DNA of 64,000 nt, taken from NCBI GenBank assembly GCA_051531975.1, contig JAOPTT010000009.1:465456-529455 (forward strand), given 5' to 3'. Positions 9,232 through 18,836 of this stretch are shown piece by piece (within the stretch, counting starts at the first letter, position 1; each line of letters begins with the position of its first letter). The DNA comes from Spirochaetaceae bacterium (GTDB lineage: Bacteria > Spirochaetota > Spirochaetia > DSM-2461). Under the pieces are notes generated by a model, which was given only the letters and a program-made list of their open reading frames with translations, had not been told where the DNA came from and made no database searches. A program made the position numbers and the translations under genes.

Positions 9232-10334
9232 ATTTTACCTCTATTTTGTTTTGGAATTGAAAAAATTGCCTTTATAAACATTAGTGAATCTTTAATAATA
9301 TTTATGTGTGAACCCTCTCTGTCATAACAAGTAACTGGAAGTTGTAAAACTCTAAACCTATATTTTTTCGCTAAATATAACATTTCTAAGTCTGCTGCTA
9401 ATCCATTTTGTATATGCATATTATTAAGCAAAGTCTTAGCAACAGAACTTCGCATTCCCTTTAATCCTGTTTGTGAGTCTTTAACTCCATATGGTAACAA
9501 CCCCTTAGTTAAAAAACGTTTTACAAAACTCATAAGTCTTCTTATTGGTTTTCGATCCTCTGCAGTTTGGTCCTTAGTTCCAACAATAAAATCATAATAA
9601 CCATCCTGGAGTATATTAATCATCTTTGATACATCTTCCATAATAAATGAATCATCACCATCGAGAAAAAAGATATATTCCGCATCTACATTTTTAATTC
9701 CCTCAATGTAAGTACCAGCTTTACGGGTATTAACAATTAGGTTATGAGCAGAAAACAAAGGGCTCTTTTCAACTATATTGATCTCTTCATTTTTAGAGCT
9801 TACCATTTTGTTTAGAAGATTCAATGTGTCATCTTTACTTCCATCATTTACAAAATATATTGATGAGTTAATAAATGAGTTTTCAATTAATCCTTGTAAT
9901 TTTTTTGTTTGATTTAAAATATTCTGAAATCTTTGTTCTTCGTCAAATACTGAAACAATAATAGCTATGTCATGTTTCTTCCAAGGATATTCTGGGTGAA
10001 TGAGACTTTGACTATTAAGTAAAACTGAAGCTTTAAATCTATCCCTATATTCTAAAACTCTTGTAGCACCTAACCCATTTACATGTTTCAATATTTTAGT
10101 ATTTGTAGAGTTAGGATAATTAACCAATAATAAAATAGGTATAGAACTATCCTTACTTCTAATTTCATTTGCAATACTAATAGAATCATCTTGATCAAAT
10201 AAATCAATAATGACTAATAGCAGATTCTCAATAATATATGTTTTATCCAAAAAGGTAGCTTTGTAATATCCTAATATTGATTCATACTCAATTGATCTTT
10301 TTTGGTCGCTGTAAACTCCAATTGCCTCGGTCAT
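9228..10334 (-). CDS. Pseudo-receiver domain fused to a GT2 polyprenol-phosphate glycosyltransferase (DPG/DPM-synthase-like)
   Basis: N-terminus LLVIIDL...IANEIRSKDSSIPILLL is receiver-like; C-terminal part has IIVSVFDEEQR, FVNDGSKD, FLDGDDS, DSQTGLKG, AADLEML. Confidence 0.75.
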   Translation of the reverse strand: MTEAIGVYSDQKRSIEYESILGYYKATFLDKTYIIENLLLVIIDLFDQDDSISIANEIRSKDSSIPILLLVNYPNSTNTKILKHVNGLGATRVLEYRDRFKASVLLNSQSLIHPEYPWKKHDIAIIVSVFDEEQRFQNILNQTKKLQGLIENSFINSSIYFVNDGSKDDTLNLLNKMVSSKNEEINIVEKSPLFSAHNLIVNTRKAGTYIEGIKNVDAEYIFFLDGDDSFIMEDVSKMINILQDGYYDFIVGTKDQTAEDRKPIRRLMSFVKRFLTKGLLPYGVKDSQTGLKGMRSSVAKTLLNNMHIQNGLAADLEMLYLAKKYRFRVLQLPVTCYDREGSHINIIKDSLMFIKAIFSIPKQNRGKI

Positions 10335-10385
10335 AATCTCTCCTTTTATAAATTATATTTCTTTTTATATCTTAAATATTAAAAT

Positions 10386-11588
10386 CTAAAAAATTATTTG
10401 TTGTAGCTTTAATACTAACTGAAATCCTAAGTCTCTAGTTTGGATTTCTTCTATAACAGAAAATCCCTCTGGTTTTAGTACAGATATGTAAATTTCAAAA
10501 AGAGTATCTTCTGACCAAAGATTTTTCCACTTTAACCCACCTGAAAATATAGTTCCAATAAATGAGTCTTCTCTATCTTCAATGTCATATGTTTTAGCAG
10601 TAAAATGTGATGATGCACTTAACCAAATGTTAATATTATCTTTATCCCATGATTGATTAAGTCCAATACTATTTAATCCGTAAATATTACCAGCCTCTTG
10701 ATAGAGGTAGTTAAAATGAGAGCCATAATGAAATTCAAGATTCTTATTATCAATAGATGTAAAGTTATAGTTATCTGTTATTTCGTCATTACTAGTTAGA
10801 TGTGCACCAAGAATTTTCGTCTTAAAATTGAAATAATTAATTGAAACTTCTTCCCTTATAGCCCATGTAGAGACTTCATCACGGTACGCTAATCCAACAA
10901 AAGTATTAGCCTCTACAAAATCTAAATTTATATTATGATTAACTGATGGGTATATGGAATTAAAAAAATTAGAGTCCTGATACTCTATAGGGAGCCTAAA
11001 CAAAACTTTGTTACTTTGTAAGTTTAGATCAATTCCTAATAAGTTAATTATTAAATTGTCATCATTATATTTTTCACTATTAAAATCGTATGAACCATCA
11101 TCATTATAAGTATTAAATAAGCTATAAAAAATTCCTGAATAAAAGACATCTAAAATATCAGATTTATAACCTAATTCACCCTGACCTGTTGTAACTGTTG
11201 TTCCAAATCCAAAGGGCAACGATGCATTATATTTCCCAAACTTTATATAAAGTGGGGAGTCTTTATAATATCCTTGATAAAATGTATCTGCTTTTAATTG
11301 ACCACTAAGTTCTCCATCTTTTCCAAAACTACCATCTAGACTGCCAAGAGAACCAAAAAGTTCTATATTTAATAAAAGTATATTTCGGTTATCAGTCCAT
11401 ATAAATTGTGCAGTTAAAGATGTTAATAATTTAGAAATAGGAGTATTGTCAATTTCATTACCATCGTCATCATATATTAAATTAACTTCATCATAATTCT
11501 CATAAATTAATGCTGGTATACCACCAATTTGAACTTCAGAATATAATCTTAAAGGAATTAATAATAATAAAATAATGATTTTTTTCAT
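10386..11588 (-). CDS. Secreted probable outer-membrane beta-barrel protein
   Basis: Signal peptide MKKIIILLLLIPLRLYS; alternating hydrophobic/aromatic strands; C-terminal Phe (GFQLVLKLQQIIF). Confidence 0.55.
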   Translation of the reverse strand: MKKIIILLLLIPLRLYSEVQIGGIPALIYENYDEVNLIYDDDGNEIDNTPISKLLTSLTAQFIWTDNRNILLLNIELFGSLGSLDGSFGKDGELSGQLKADTFYQGYYKDSPLYIKFGKYNASLPFGFGTTVTTGQGELGYKSDILDVFYSGIFYSLFNTYNDDGSYDFNSEKYNDDNLIINLLGIDLNLQSNKVLFRLPIEYQDSNFFNSIYPSVNHNINLDFVEANTFVGLAYRDEVSTWAIREEVSINYFNFKTKILGAHLTSNDEITDNYNFTSIDNKNLEFHYGSHFNYLYQEAGNIYGLNSIGLNQSWDKDNINIWLSASSHFTAKTYDIEDREDSFIGTIFSGGLKWKNLWSEDTLFEIYISVLKPEGFSVIEEIQTRDLGFQLVLKLQQIIF

Positions 11589-12739
11589 TATTTATCAATC
11601 TCAATTGTTAATATTGTAATATCATCATCTATCTCTTCTGTTAGATGACGATCATAAATAGATTTTAGGATCTTGGTATGATTTGAAAGATCATTTATAT
11701 TTTCCTGGAGAATATTAATTAAATCATCTTCTGTATAAATCTCAGAACTATTTCCTGAAGGATATATACCGTCAGAACAGATAAAGATTTTTGAAGAAGG
11801 TTTAATTTCTATTGTTTCATTTGTGTAACTATTATCCTTTTCAATTCCAAGTACGATATTATTATTTTCTATAATTGAAACACTATTATTATTAAGTATT
11901 ATTGGTCTAGGCTGTCCAGAATTTGTGCAAGTACAGAGTTTATTGTCCAGATCAATGTATAGACATGTTAATGTTACAAAAAGCCCCGGATAAGGTTTTA
12001 AATAATCATAGAGTCTATTATTAAGCCATTGTGTAAACTTAATAGTTGAAAAGCTGTCGGTTTGAATATTTTTGAAATATTCAAAAGGAATTATTGATTT
12101 TAAAGCCATGGAGATAAATGCAGGTTGTATTCCGTGACCTGAGACATCCCCTAAAAGAACCACAATTTTCGTCTCTGATAATTTAAAAATATCATAGTAG
12201 TCACCACTGACACCAGTACTTATACAAGGTTGGTAAGTTACATTTATTGTAATAGGAAGATCTTTTTTTATAGCATTATCCATAATAGTCTTTTGAAAAT
12301 CCCTAGCCAAATGAAGCTCTCTTTTTATCTTCTCTTTTAATTCCCTATTCTCTTTTTTTATTAGAAAGTGATTCATTGCCTTTTTAATCTCTTCTTGCAA
12401 TTCAATGTTTTGCCATGGTTTTCCAATGAAAGAAAATATCTGAGATTTAATCATTTTCTCCATATCTTTCAAGTCCGAATGACCTGAGAGTATAATTGGG
12501 ACAATATCTGGATATTTGTTTTGAATAATTGATATAAGTTCATTACCGTTTAAATCAGGCATTCTTTGGTCAGATACAATGACACCAATTTCTTTTGAAT
12601 AACTTTTTAGCTCCCTAATAGCATCTTTTGCGGAAGTTACCATAATCGCTGTTATCCCTTCATCCCTAAACCAATTCTTTAGGCTTCTATTAATAGAGGT
12701 TAGAACATTTTTATCATCATCAATAAATAGTATATACAT
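11588..12739 (-). CDS. Receiver + PP2C/SpoIIE (RsbU-like) phosphatase
   Basis: FIDDD, VSDQRMP, KPW; VSGDYYD, GDVSGHG, NSGQP, CSDG, DDITIL. Confidence 0.92.
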   Translation of the reverse strand: MYILFIDDDKNVLTSINRSLKNWFRDEGITAIMVTSAKDAIRELKSYSKEIGVIVSDQRMPDLNGNELISIIQNKYPDIVPIILSGHSDLKDMEKMIKSQIFSFIGKPWQNIELQEEIKKAMNHFLIKKENRELKEKIKRELHLARDFQKTIMDNAIKKDLPITINVTYQPCISTGVSGDYYDIFKLSETKIVVLLGDVSGHGIQPAFISMALKSIIPFEYFKNIQTDSFSTIKFTQWLNNRLYDYLKPYPGLFVTLTCLYIDLDNKLCTCTNSGQPRPIILNNNSVSIIENNNIVLGIEKDNSYTNETIEIKPSSKIFICSDGIYPSGNSSEIYTEDDLINILQENINDLSNHTKILKSIYDRHLTEEIDDDITILTIEIDK

Positions 12740-12744
12740 CTGTA

Positions 12745-13506
12745 TTATCCTTCTATTCTTTCAAAAAGAATTAAAAACTTATATGGGTCTGATGGTCTTA
12801 ATAATCTAATAAATATAACATAGTTATGTTCGGATATTTTTAACTCAAAATCTTTTTGATCTGCATTATTATGTGCCCCTGATTCTATATTTTTATACAT
12901 TTCTTTAGAAATTATAGTTGTAATGTGATCCCCTATTACAAAGTTTTTTTCTAGCTCTTCTTTTGCATATTTATTAAAATTATCGATTATACCTTTCTCA
13001 TTAATTGCTATTATTGAAATATTCACTTCATCGATAACTTGTTTATCAAGAACAAGACTTGAATCTCTAAAGGATAACTTCATCTTAAGTCGGCGATTTT
13101 CTTCTAAAATTTGCTCAATATACTTTTTCTTTTTTACTTCAGATTCCCATTTCCCAATAGCCTGATTAATACAATCTAGCATCTCATCATAATTCCAAGG
13201 TTTGGAAATAAATCTAAATATTTCACCTTGGTTAATCGCATTTATAATAGTTTCACTATCAGCGTATCCAGATAAAATAATTCGAATTGTAGCTGGGTAG
13301 AGAGTTTTTACTTGTTTCATTAACTCTAAACCATTCATTTCCGGCATTCTTTCATCTGACAAAATGACTTTATAATTTCCCGCTTTAAGTAGTTCAAGAG
13401 CTTCATTCCCACTGTTACAGGTATCAATAGTAAATTTTTCTTTTCTAAACTGTCTTTTTATTGAGGATAATATCTCTTTTTCATCATCAACAAACAATAT
13501 TTCCAT
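12745..13506 (-). CDS. Receiver + PAS-like domain protein
   Basis: FVDDE, LSDERMPEMNG, LSGYAD, SKPW; C-terminal IIAINEKGIIDNFNKYA is PAS-like. Confidence 0.8.
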   Translation of the reverse strand: MEILFVDDEKEILSSIKRQFRKEKFTIDTCNSGNEALELLKAGNYKVILSDERMPEMNGLELMKQVKTLYPATIRIILSGYADSETIINAINQGEIFRFISKPWNYDEMLDCINQAIGKWESEVKKKKYIEQILEENRRLKMKLSFRDSSLVLDKQVIDEVNISIIAINEKGIIDNFNKYAKEELEKNFVIGDHITTIISKEMYKNIESGAHNNADQKDFELKISEHNYVIFIRLLRPSDPYKFLILFERIEG

Positions 13507-13604
13507 TATTACCCCATAATGTAATTTTTATTTATTTCATCTTATATTTCAAGCAATTTATTTTTGTATTTGTATTTTTCTCACAGTTAAATAATAATTA
13601 TATT

Positions 13605-14843
13605 ATGAAAAGTTTATTGAAAAAAATTACAATTTTATCTTTTTTTTTAATTCCACTGTTTGATTTAATATCTGAAACAAATGAATCATATAAAATATAC
13701 TTAAATGCAGATATGAGTGGTTCTAAATTATCAGGGGAAGCAATCGAGATGGGAATTAATGTCGCATTATCCGAGGTGAACTATACAATAGGTGATCGCA
13801 AAATTGAACTTGTAATTAAAGATCATCATGGGAATAGTAGGCGTAGTTTAAAATATCTCGAAGAGTTTGCATCAGATGAGAATGCATTAGTTACATATAC
13901 TGGGCTCCACTCATCTGCAATTATCAACAATTTTGATTATATAAATAAAAATGGAATACCAATATTAAATCCATGGGCTGCAGCTGGTCCTATAAGTAGG
14001 AGTATTGATAGTCTTGGTAGAAATTGGATATTTAGATTATCAGTCGATGATACTAAAGCAGGAGAGGTTATTACTTCATATTCCCTCGATGTTGAGAAGT
14101 TTAAAAATCCTATTTTGTTACTTGAAAACACACCATGGGGTAAATCAAATTATAAAAATATGAGAAAAGCTATAACATCAAGGGGTTTCAGAGATCCTGA
14201 AGTAATATGGTTTTCTTGGGGAATTAAAGAGATAGGTAGCAAACAAATTCTAAGTGATATATATAGTAAAAATAATGATGTTATTTTTTTTGTTGGTAAT
14301 TCACCAGAGGGGATCGTCTTTTCTAGAGCGATGTCTCAGAGAGAAGAAAATAAAAGAATTCCGATAAGGAGTCATTGGGGTATTACTGGAGGGAATTTTT
14401 TTGAGAGTTTAGGTTCTAATATTATAACTAATAAAATAGATCTTAAATTTATCCAAACCTCATTCTCGTTTTTGGATAAACCTGGAACAGATTTCTCTAT
14501 TAATGTTTTTAAAAATATAAAAAAACAATTTTCAAATATCAAAGATCCAAATGACTTAAAAGCACCAAATGGATTTATACATTCCTACGATTTAACTAGA
14601 ATATTTATTGAAGCGTGTAAACATATTAATTTTACTGAAGATATTAAGCTAAATAGGGAATTATTAAGAGTTGCATTAGAATCAGTTGAAACACCAATAA
14701 AAGGACTTGTTAAAACCTATAATAAACCATTTTCAACATTTACCCCCGAAAATGACTCTGCACACGAAGCCCTTAGTATTGATAACTTTAGGATGGCCAG
14801 ATATCTACCAAATGGTAGTATCGAGGTTATTAATGATAAGTAA
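13605..14843 (+). CDS. Periplasmic substrate-binding protein (LivJ-like type 1 fold), probable sensory partner of the adjacent kinase
   Basis: Signal peptide from ATG at 13605; KDHHGN, WIFRLSVDD, LLLENTPWG; no ABC permease nearby; overlaps the kinase start. Confidence 0.8.
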   Translation: MKSLLKKITILSFFLIPLFDLISETNESYKIYLNADMSGSKLSGEAIEMGINVALSEVNYTIGDRKIELVIKDHHGNSRRSLKYLEEFASDENALVTYTGLHSSAIINNFDYINKNGIPILNPWAAAGPISRSIDSLGRNWIFRLSVDDTKAGEVITSYSLDVEKFKNPILLLENTPWGKSNYKNMRKAITSRGFRDPEVIWFSWGIKEIGSKQILSDIYSKNNDVIFFVGNSPEGIVFSRAMSQREENKRIPIRSHWGITGGNFFESLGSNIITNKIDLKFIQTSFSFLDKPGTDFSINVFKNIKKQFSNIKDPNDLKAPNGFIHSYDLTRIFIEACKHINFTEDIKLNRELLRVALESVETPIKGLVKTYNKPFSTFTPENDSAHEALSIDNFRMARYLPNGSIEVINDK

Positions 14844-16689
14844 CATATTAAAAAAACGTAATAGCATATTATTAAAAACGGCAATATATTCATTTGGTAT
14901 TTTTGGACTGATTATGTTCTTTTCTATTACACTATTTATATGGATAACTGAAAGAAACCTTACTGAACTTGTTATAGATCAAAACGTTGAGCAATTATTT
15001 AATATTAAAACTCAATTTGATAAAAATATTGATAACTATAAATTTATACTTGAACAGGATTCAAATTCCTCCATATTTACAACCGCAGTTATGAATCCTG
15101 TAGATACAGAGTATTATTTAAAAGATTTTATGGATGATCTAAAAATAAGTAATCTAGACGGAGAATTACTACTATTAGCATTTGATGGACAGATAATATA
15201 TAGCACACACAACTCCGTAAATAAGATTAATAATATATTTACAAACTTTTCAGAAATTCTAGAAGTATTAGATACCAAAAAAAGTACACAAATATTAGAT
15301 GCCAATAATAATGTAGTTTTTATAAGTTGTATTAAATATAATGATCTAGTTGAGGGGTATCTAATTTTTATAACCGATTTTCAGAATATCTTTGAACATA
15401 ACCTTCATCTTTTTGAATCTGATACACATAAGCACTCATTTTCAGTATTAAATGGCAAGAATATTATTGCTAAAGTTGGCGAAACATCTGAAAGATTTAT
15501 CAGCTCTAATTTTACTCTTGAAAGTTTACCACTATCGTTACAAATAGATACGGATGAAAATGTTATTAAGGAATCTACAAGTGAAATACTACATAGTATT
15601 AGTTTAATATCAATATTATCTGTTATTTTACTTGCTATAATTTTCTCAATTATAACATCAAAAACAGTTACAAAACCATTATCAATACTTGAACATGAAA
15701 TCACTTTAGTTGGGAAAGGTGAACATGATAATCTACCCTTTAGAAAGAAAGACCCAATAGAAATTAAGTTTTTAAGGTCGTCATTTAATCAAATGCAAAA
15801 GGCTATAATAACTAATAAAGTGGAATTAGAAGAGTTTAATAGAAAACTTTTAAGTATCAACAGCGATTTAAAGTCAACTCAGAAGCAGTTAGTACAAAGT
15901 GAGAAAATGGCTTCATTGGGGCAATTAGCCGCAGGTGTTGCACATGAAATTAACAATCCTACAGGTTTTGTAACAACCAATTTACATACAATGAAAGAGT
16001 ATATTTGTGTTTATAATACTCTTTATAAACATAATGAAGAACTTTACAGCTATATAAAAGACAATATTAAAGAAACACAAATATTGAAGTTTATTGAGGA
16101 TATAGAAATTATAAAAAAAGAAGAAGATTTTAAATTCATATTAGAAGACACTACGGATCTGCTTGAAGAATCAATTGACGGTGTTGTTAGAATAAAAGAT
16201 ATTGTTACAGGTCTTAGGAATTTCGCAAGACCTAAAAGTAAAATAACTTCACCAGGAAATATAAATAACGGCATAAAGGATGCTTTAAGGTTAACAATAA
16301 ATGAGCTAAAATATACATGTACTATAGAGCAGAACTTAGGAAAATTAGTTGATGTTCCTTGTAGATTAGATCAAATAACACAGGTTTTTGTAAATTTACT
16401 TGTAAATGCGGCTCATGCAATAAAAGATCAAGGTTTTATAAAACTTACTACCTGGCAAGAAGATGAATTTATATTTGCATCAGTTGAAGATAATGGAGAA
16501 GGAATAAAACCTGAGAATATTGAAAAACTTTTTGATCCTTTTTTTACAACAAAAGAAGTTGGTAAGGGAACTGGCTTAGGACTTTCAATCTCTTATGGAA
16601 TAATAGAAGAGCATGGAGGTTCTATAGATGTCAGAAGCAAAGTTGGTGAAGGAACTTGTTTTACTCTTAAATTCCCCATAAACACCTAG
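14833..16689 (+). CDS. Membrane sensor histidine kinase (TM-periplasmic-TM-HAMP-HisKA-HATPase)
   Basis: GAGG SD before ATG 14833; LVQSEKMASLGQLAAGVAHEINNP H-box; NLLVNAAHA, DNGEGI, FDPFFTTK, GTGLGL. Confidence 0.95.
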   Translation: MISNILKKRNSILLKTAIYSFGIFGLIMFFSITLFIWITERNLTELVIDQNVEQLFNIKTQFDKNIDNYKFILEQDSNSSIFTTAVMNPVDTEYYLKDFMDDLKISNLDGELLLLAFDGQIIYSTHNSVNKINNIFTNFSEILEVLDTKKSTQILDANNNVVFISCIKYNDLVEGYLIFITDFQNIFEHNLHLFESDTHKHSFSVLNGKNIIAKVGETSERFISSNFTLESLPLSLQIDTDENVIKESTSEILHSISLISILSVILLAIIFSIITSKTVTKPLSILEHEITLVGKGEHDNLPFRKKDPIEIKFLRSSFNQMQKAIITNKVELEEFNRKLLSINSDLKSTQKQLVQSEKMASLGQLAAGVAHEINNPTGFVTTNLHTMKEYICVYNTLYKHNEELYSYIKDNIKETQILKFIEDIEIIKKEEDFKFILEDTTDLLEESIDGVVRIKDIVTGLRNFARPKSKITSPGNINNGIKDALRLTINELKYTCTIEQNLGKLVDVPCRLDQITQVFVNLLVNAAHAIKDQGFIKLTTWQEDEFIFASVEDNGEGIKPENIEKLFDPFFTTKEVGKGTGLGLSISYGIIEEHGGSIDVRSKVGEGTCFTLKFPINT

Positions 16690-16816
16690 CCACATAATAC
16701 TTCACAAAAATTTAACTATATGAATATTCTCTTATTTGACATTGGTAGCTAAAAGATATCTAATTACTCTCAATTATCAATACTATATTACTTATAAGGT
16801 TTAAACATATAAATAT

Positions 16817-18097
16817 ATGACAATAACTACAACAAATGAATTAGTTAAAAATCTAGATAAATCTAATGTTAAAATTATCGATATTCGACCAGTAGAAGGA
16901 TATAACGGTTGGATAATTGGTGGTGAAATTAGAGGTGGTCATATAAAAACAGCTAGAAGTTTACCTTTTAAGTTCTTTGAATATATAGAACTGGCAGAAA
17001 TAATTAACAAAAAAGGTATAGTCAAAGAAGATCATTTAATTATATATGGTGATAACAGTAAGCAAACTTTATTAGCAGGAAATCTTCTAATAAAAGAGGG
17101 ATTTAAAAAAGTAATTATCTATAATGATTTTGAAAATGAATGGAGTTCCGATCTTAAACTTCCAATGGAAAAACTAAGTAGATATAAACACTTAGTATCT
17201 GCTAATTGGTTAAATAATCTAATTAAAAACAGTACAAAAAATAGTTCTAAAATTGTGACTTGTCATTGCCATTTTGATAATCCAAGTGACTATAACAATG
17301 GGCATATCCCTGGGGCTATAGAATTAGATAGTAACACCTTAGAATCTACTGTTACATGGAATATTAAAAGACCAAAAGAGCTTAAAGAGAGTTTAGAATT
17401 ATTAGGAATTACATATGATTCTACTGTTATATTATATGGGCGGGGTTTTTATTCTTATGATAACAAACCTTTTACAGGTAGTAGTGGAGGATATTTAGCT
17501 GCTTTTAGATGTGCTCTTATTATGATGTATGCTGGTGTAGAAGATGTAAGAATACTAAATGGTGGTTTTGAGTCATGGGAATATGAAGATTTTGAAATTG
17601 AAACTATTAAAAATAGTATAGAACCTGTCTTTGATTTTGGTATAACAATTCCTGGGAATCCTAACCTCGTGGTTGATAAAAATGAAGTTGAAGATATTGT
17701 AAATTCAGATCATAAGAATTTAGTTAGTATACGTAGCTGGAAAGAGTATATTGGGGAAGTCAGCGGTTATAATTACATTACAAAAAAAGGTCGGATACCT
17801 GGATCTATATTTGGAAACTGTGGTACTGATACCTTTCATATGGAGAATTATAGAAACATAGATAATACAACCAGGGAGTACCATGAAATTAAAGAGTTCT
17901 GGGAAAAATTAGGGATCTGTTCTGATAAGTTTAATACCTTTTACTGTGGAACCGGGTGGCGTGGAAGTGAAGCTTTTTTAAACGCTTGGTTAATGGGGTG
18001 GTCAGATATTTCAGTTTATGATGGCGGTTGGTTTGAATGGTCTTCTGATAATAAAAACAGGTATGAAACAGGTATTCCACAAAAAATTGGAGTATAA
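16817..18097 (+). CDS. Triple-domain rhodanese sulfurtransferase (YnjE-like)
   Basis: Repeated GGHIK/GHIPGA/GRIPGS motifs; active-site loop YCGTGWR; YDGGWFEWS. Confidence 0.88.
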   Translation: MTITTTNELVKNLDKSNVKIIDIRPVEGYNGWIIGGEIRGGHIKTARSLPFKFFEYIELAEIINKKGIVKEDHLIIYGDNSKQTLLAGNLLIKEGFKKVIIYNDFENEWSSDLKLPMEKLSRYKHLVSANWLNNLIKNSTKNSSKIVTCHCHFDNPSDYNNGHIPGAIELDSNTLESTVTWNIKRPKELKESLELLGITYDSTVILYGRGFYSYDNKPFTGSSGGYLAAFRCALIMMYAGVEDVRILNGGFESWEYEDFEIETIKNSIEPVFDFGITIPGNPNLVVDKNEVEDIVNSDHKNLVSIRSWKEYIGEVSGYNYITKKGRIPGSIFGNCGTDTFHMENYRNIDNTTREYHEIKEFWEKLGICSDKFNTFYCGTGWRGSEAFLNAWLMGWSDISVYDGGWFEWSSDNKNRYETGIPQKIGV

Positions 18098-18098
18098 G

Positions 18099-18836
18099 TT
18101 AAAAATGTCTTTTATTCTTAATTTTATCAATTATGGTAAATATAGTATCAAATCCAAGAGCCAGAAGTGCTGTTAATATAGCTCCAGTAAATATATATGA
18201 GATATTATTATCAATTAATCCAGATATAATTAGTGAACCTAAACCTCCACCAGCAACTACAGCGGCAATAGCAGCGGTACCAACATTTATTACTACAGTT
18301 GTTCTAATACCAGCTAATATAATATCGATAGACAGAGGTATTTCAACTTTTAATAAAACCTGCATTTTATCCATCCCTATCGCTTTAGAAGCCTCTATAA
18401 CCGACTTGTCTACTGCATTTATACCAGCGATTGTATTGCTTACAATTGGGAAAATACTATAAATGAATAGGGCTGTAAAAGCTGGTGCAAATCCATAACC
18501 TAATGCTGGCACTGATAGTGCTAATACTGCTGCAGGAGGGAATGTTTGCATTATTGATATAAGTGATTCTACTAATTCTAATAGGTTCTTTCCTGTGTCT
18601 CTAGTCACAAATATACCTAAAGACAGTCCCACAATTATTGCAGATATTGATGATAATAAAACCAGAACTATATGTTCTATAAACATATCACTTAGGATTA
18701 ATCGGGGATGCATAACTTTTTTTATTCCAGGAAATATTGATTTAAGTATAAAACCAGTAAATTCTATATTAAATATAAAAAGGAATGTAAAAGTTAACAG
18801 ACAAAGAAGTAGTATATATTTAATTGTTTTATTCAT
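18099..18836 (-). CDS. Osmoprotectant ABC transporter permease (YehW-like)
   Basis: QTFPPAAVLAL, EASKAIGM (EAA loop), GGGLG. Confidence 0.9.
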   Translation of the reverse strand: MNKTIKYILLLCLLTFTFLFIFNIEFTGFILKSIFPGIKKVMHPRLILSDMFIEHIVLVLLSSISAIIVGLSLGIFVTRDTGKNLLELVESLISIMQTFPPAAVLALSVPALGYGFAPAFTALFIYSIFPIVSNTIAGINAVDKSVIEASKAIGMDKMQVLLKVEIPLSIDIILAGIRTTVVINVGTAAIAAVVAGGGLGSLIISGLIDNNISYIFTGAILTALLALGFDTIFTIIDKIKNKRHF

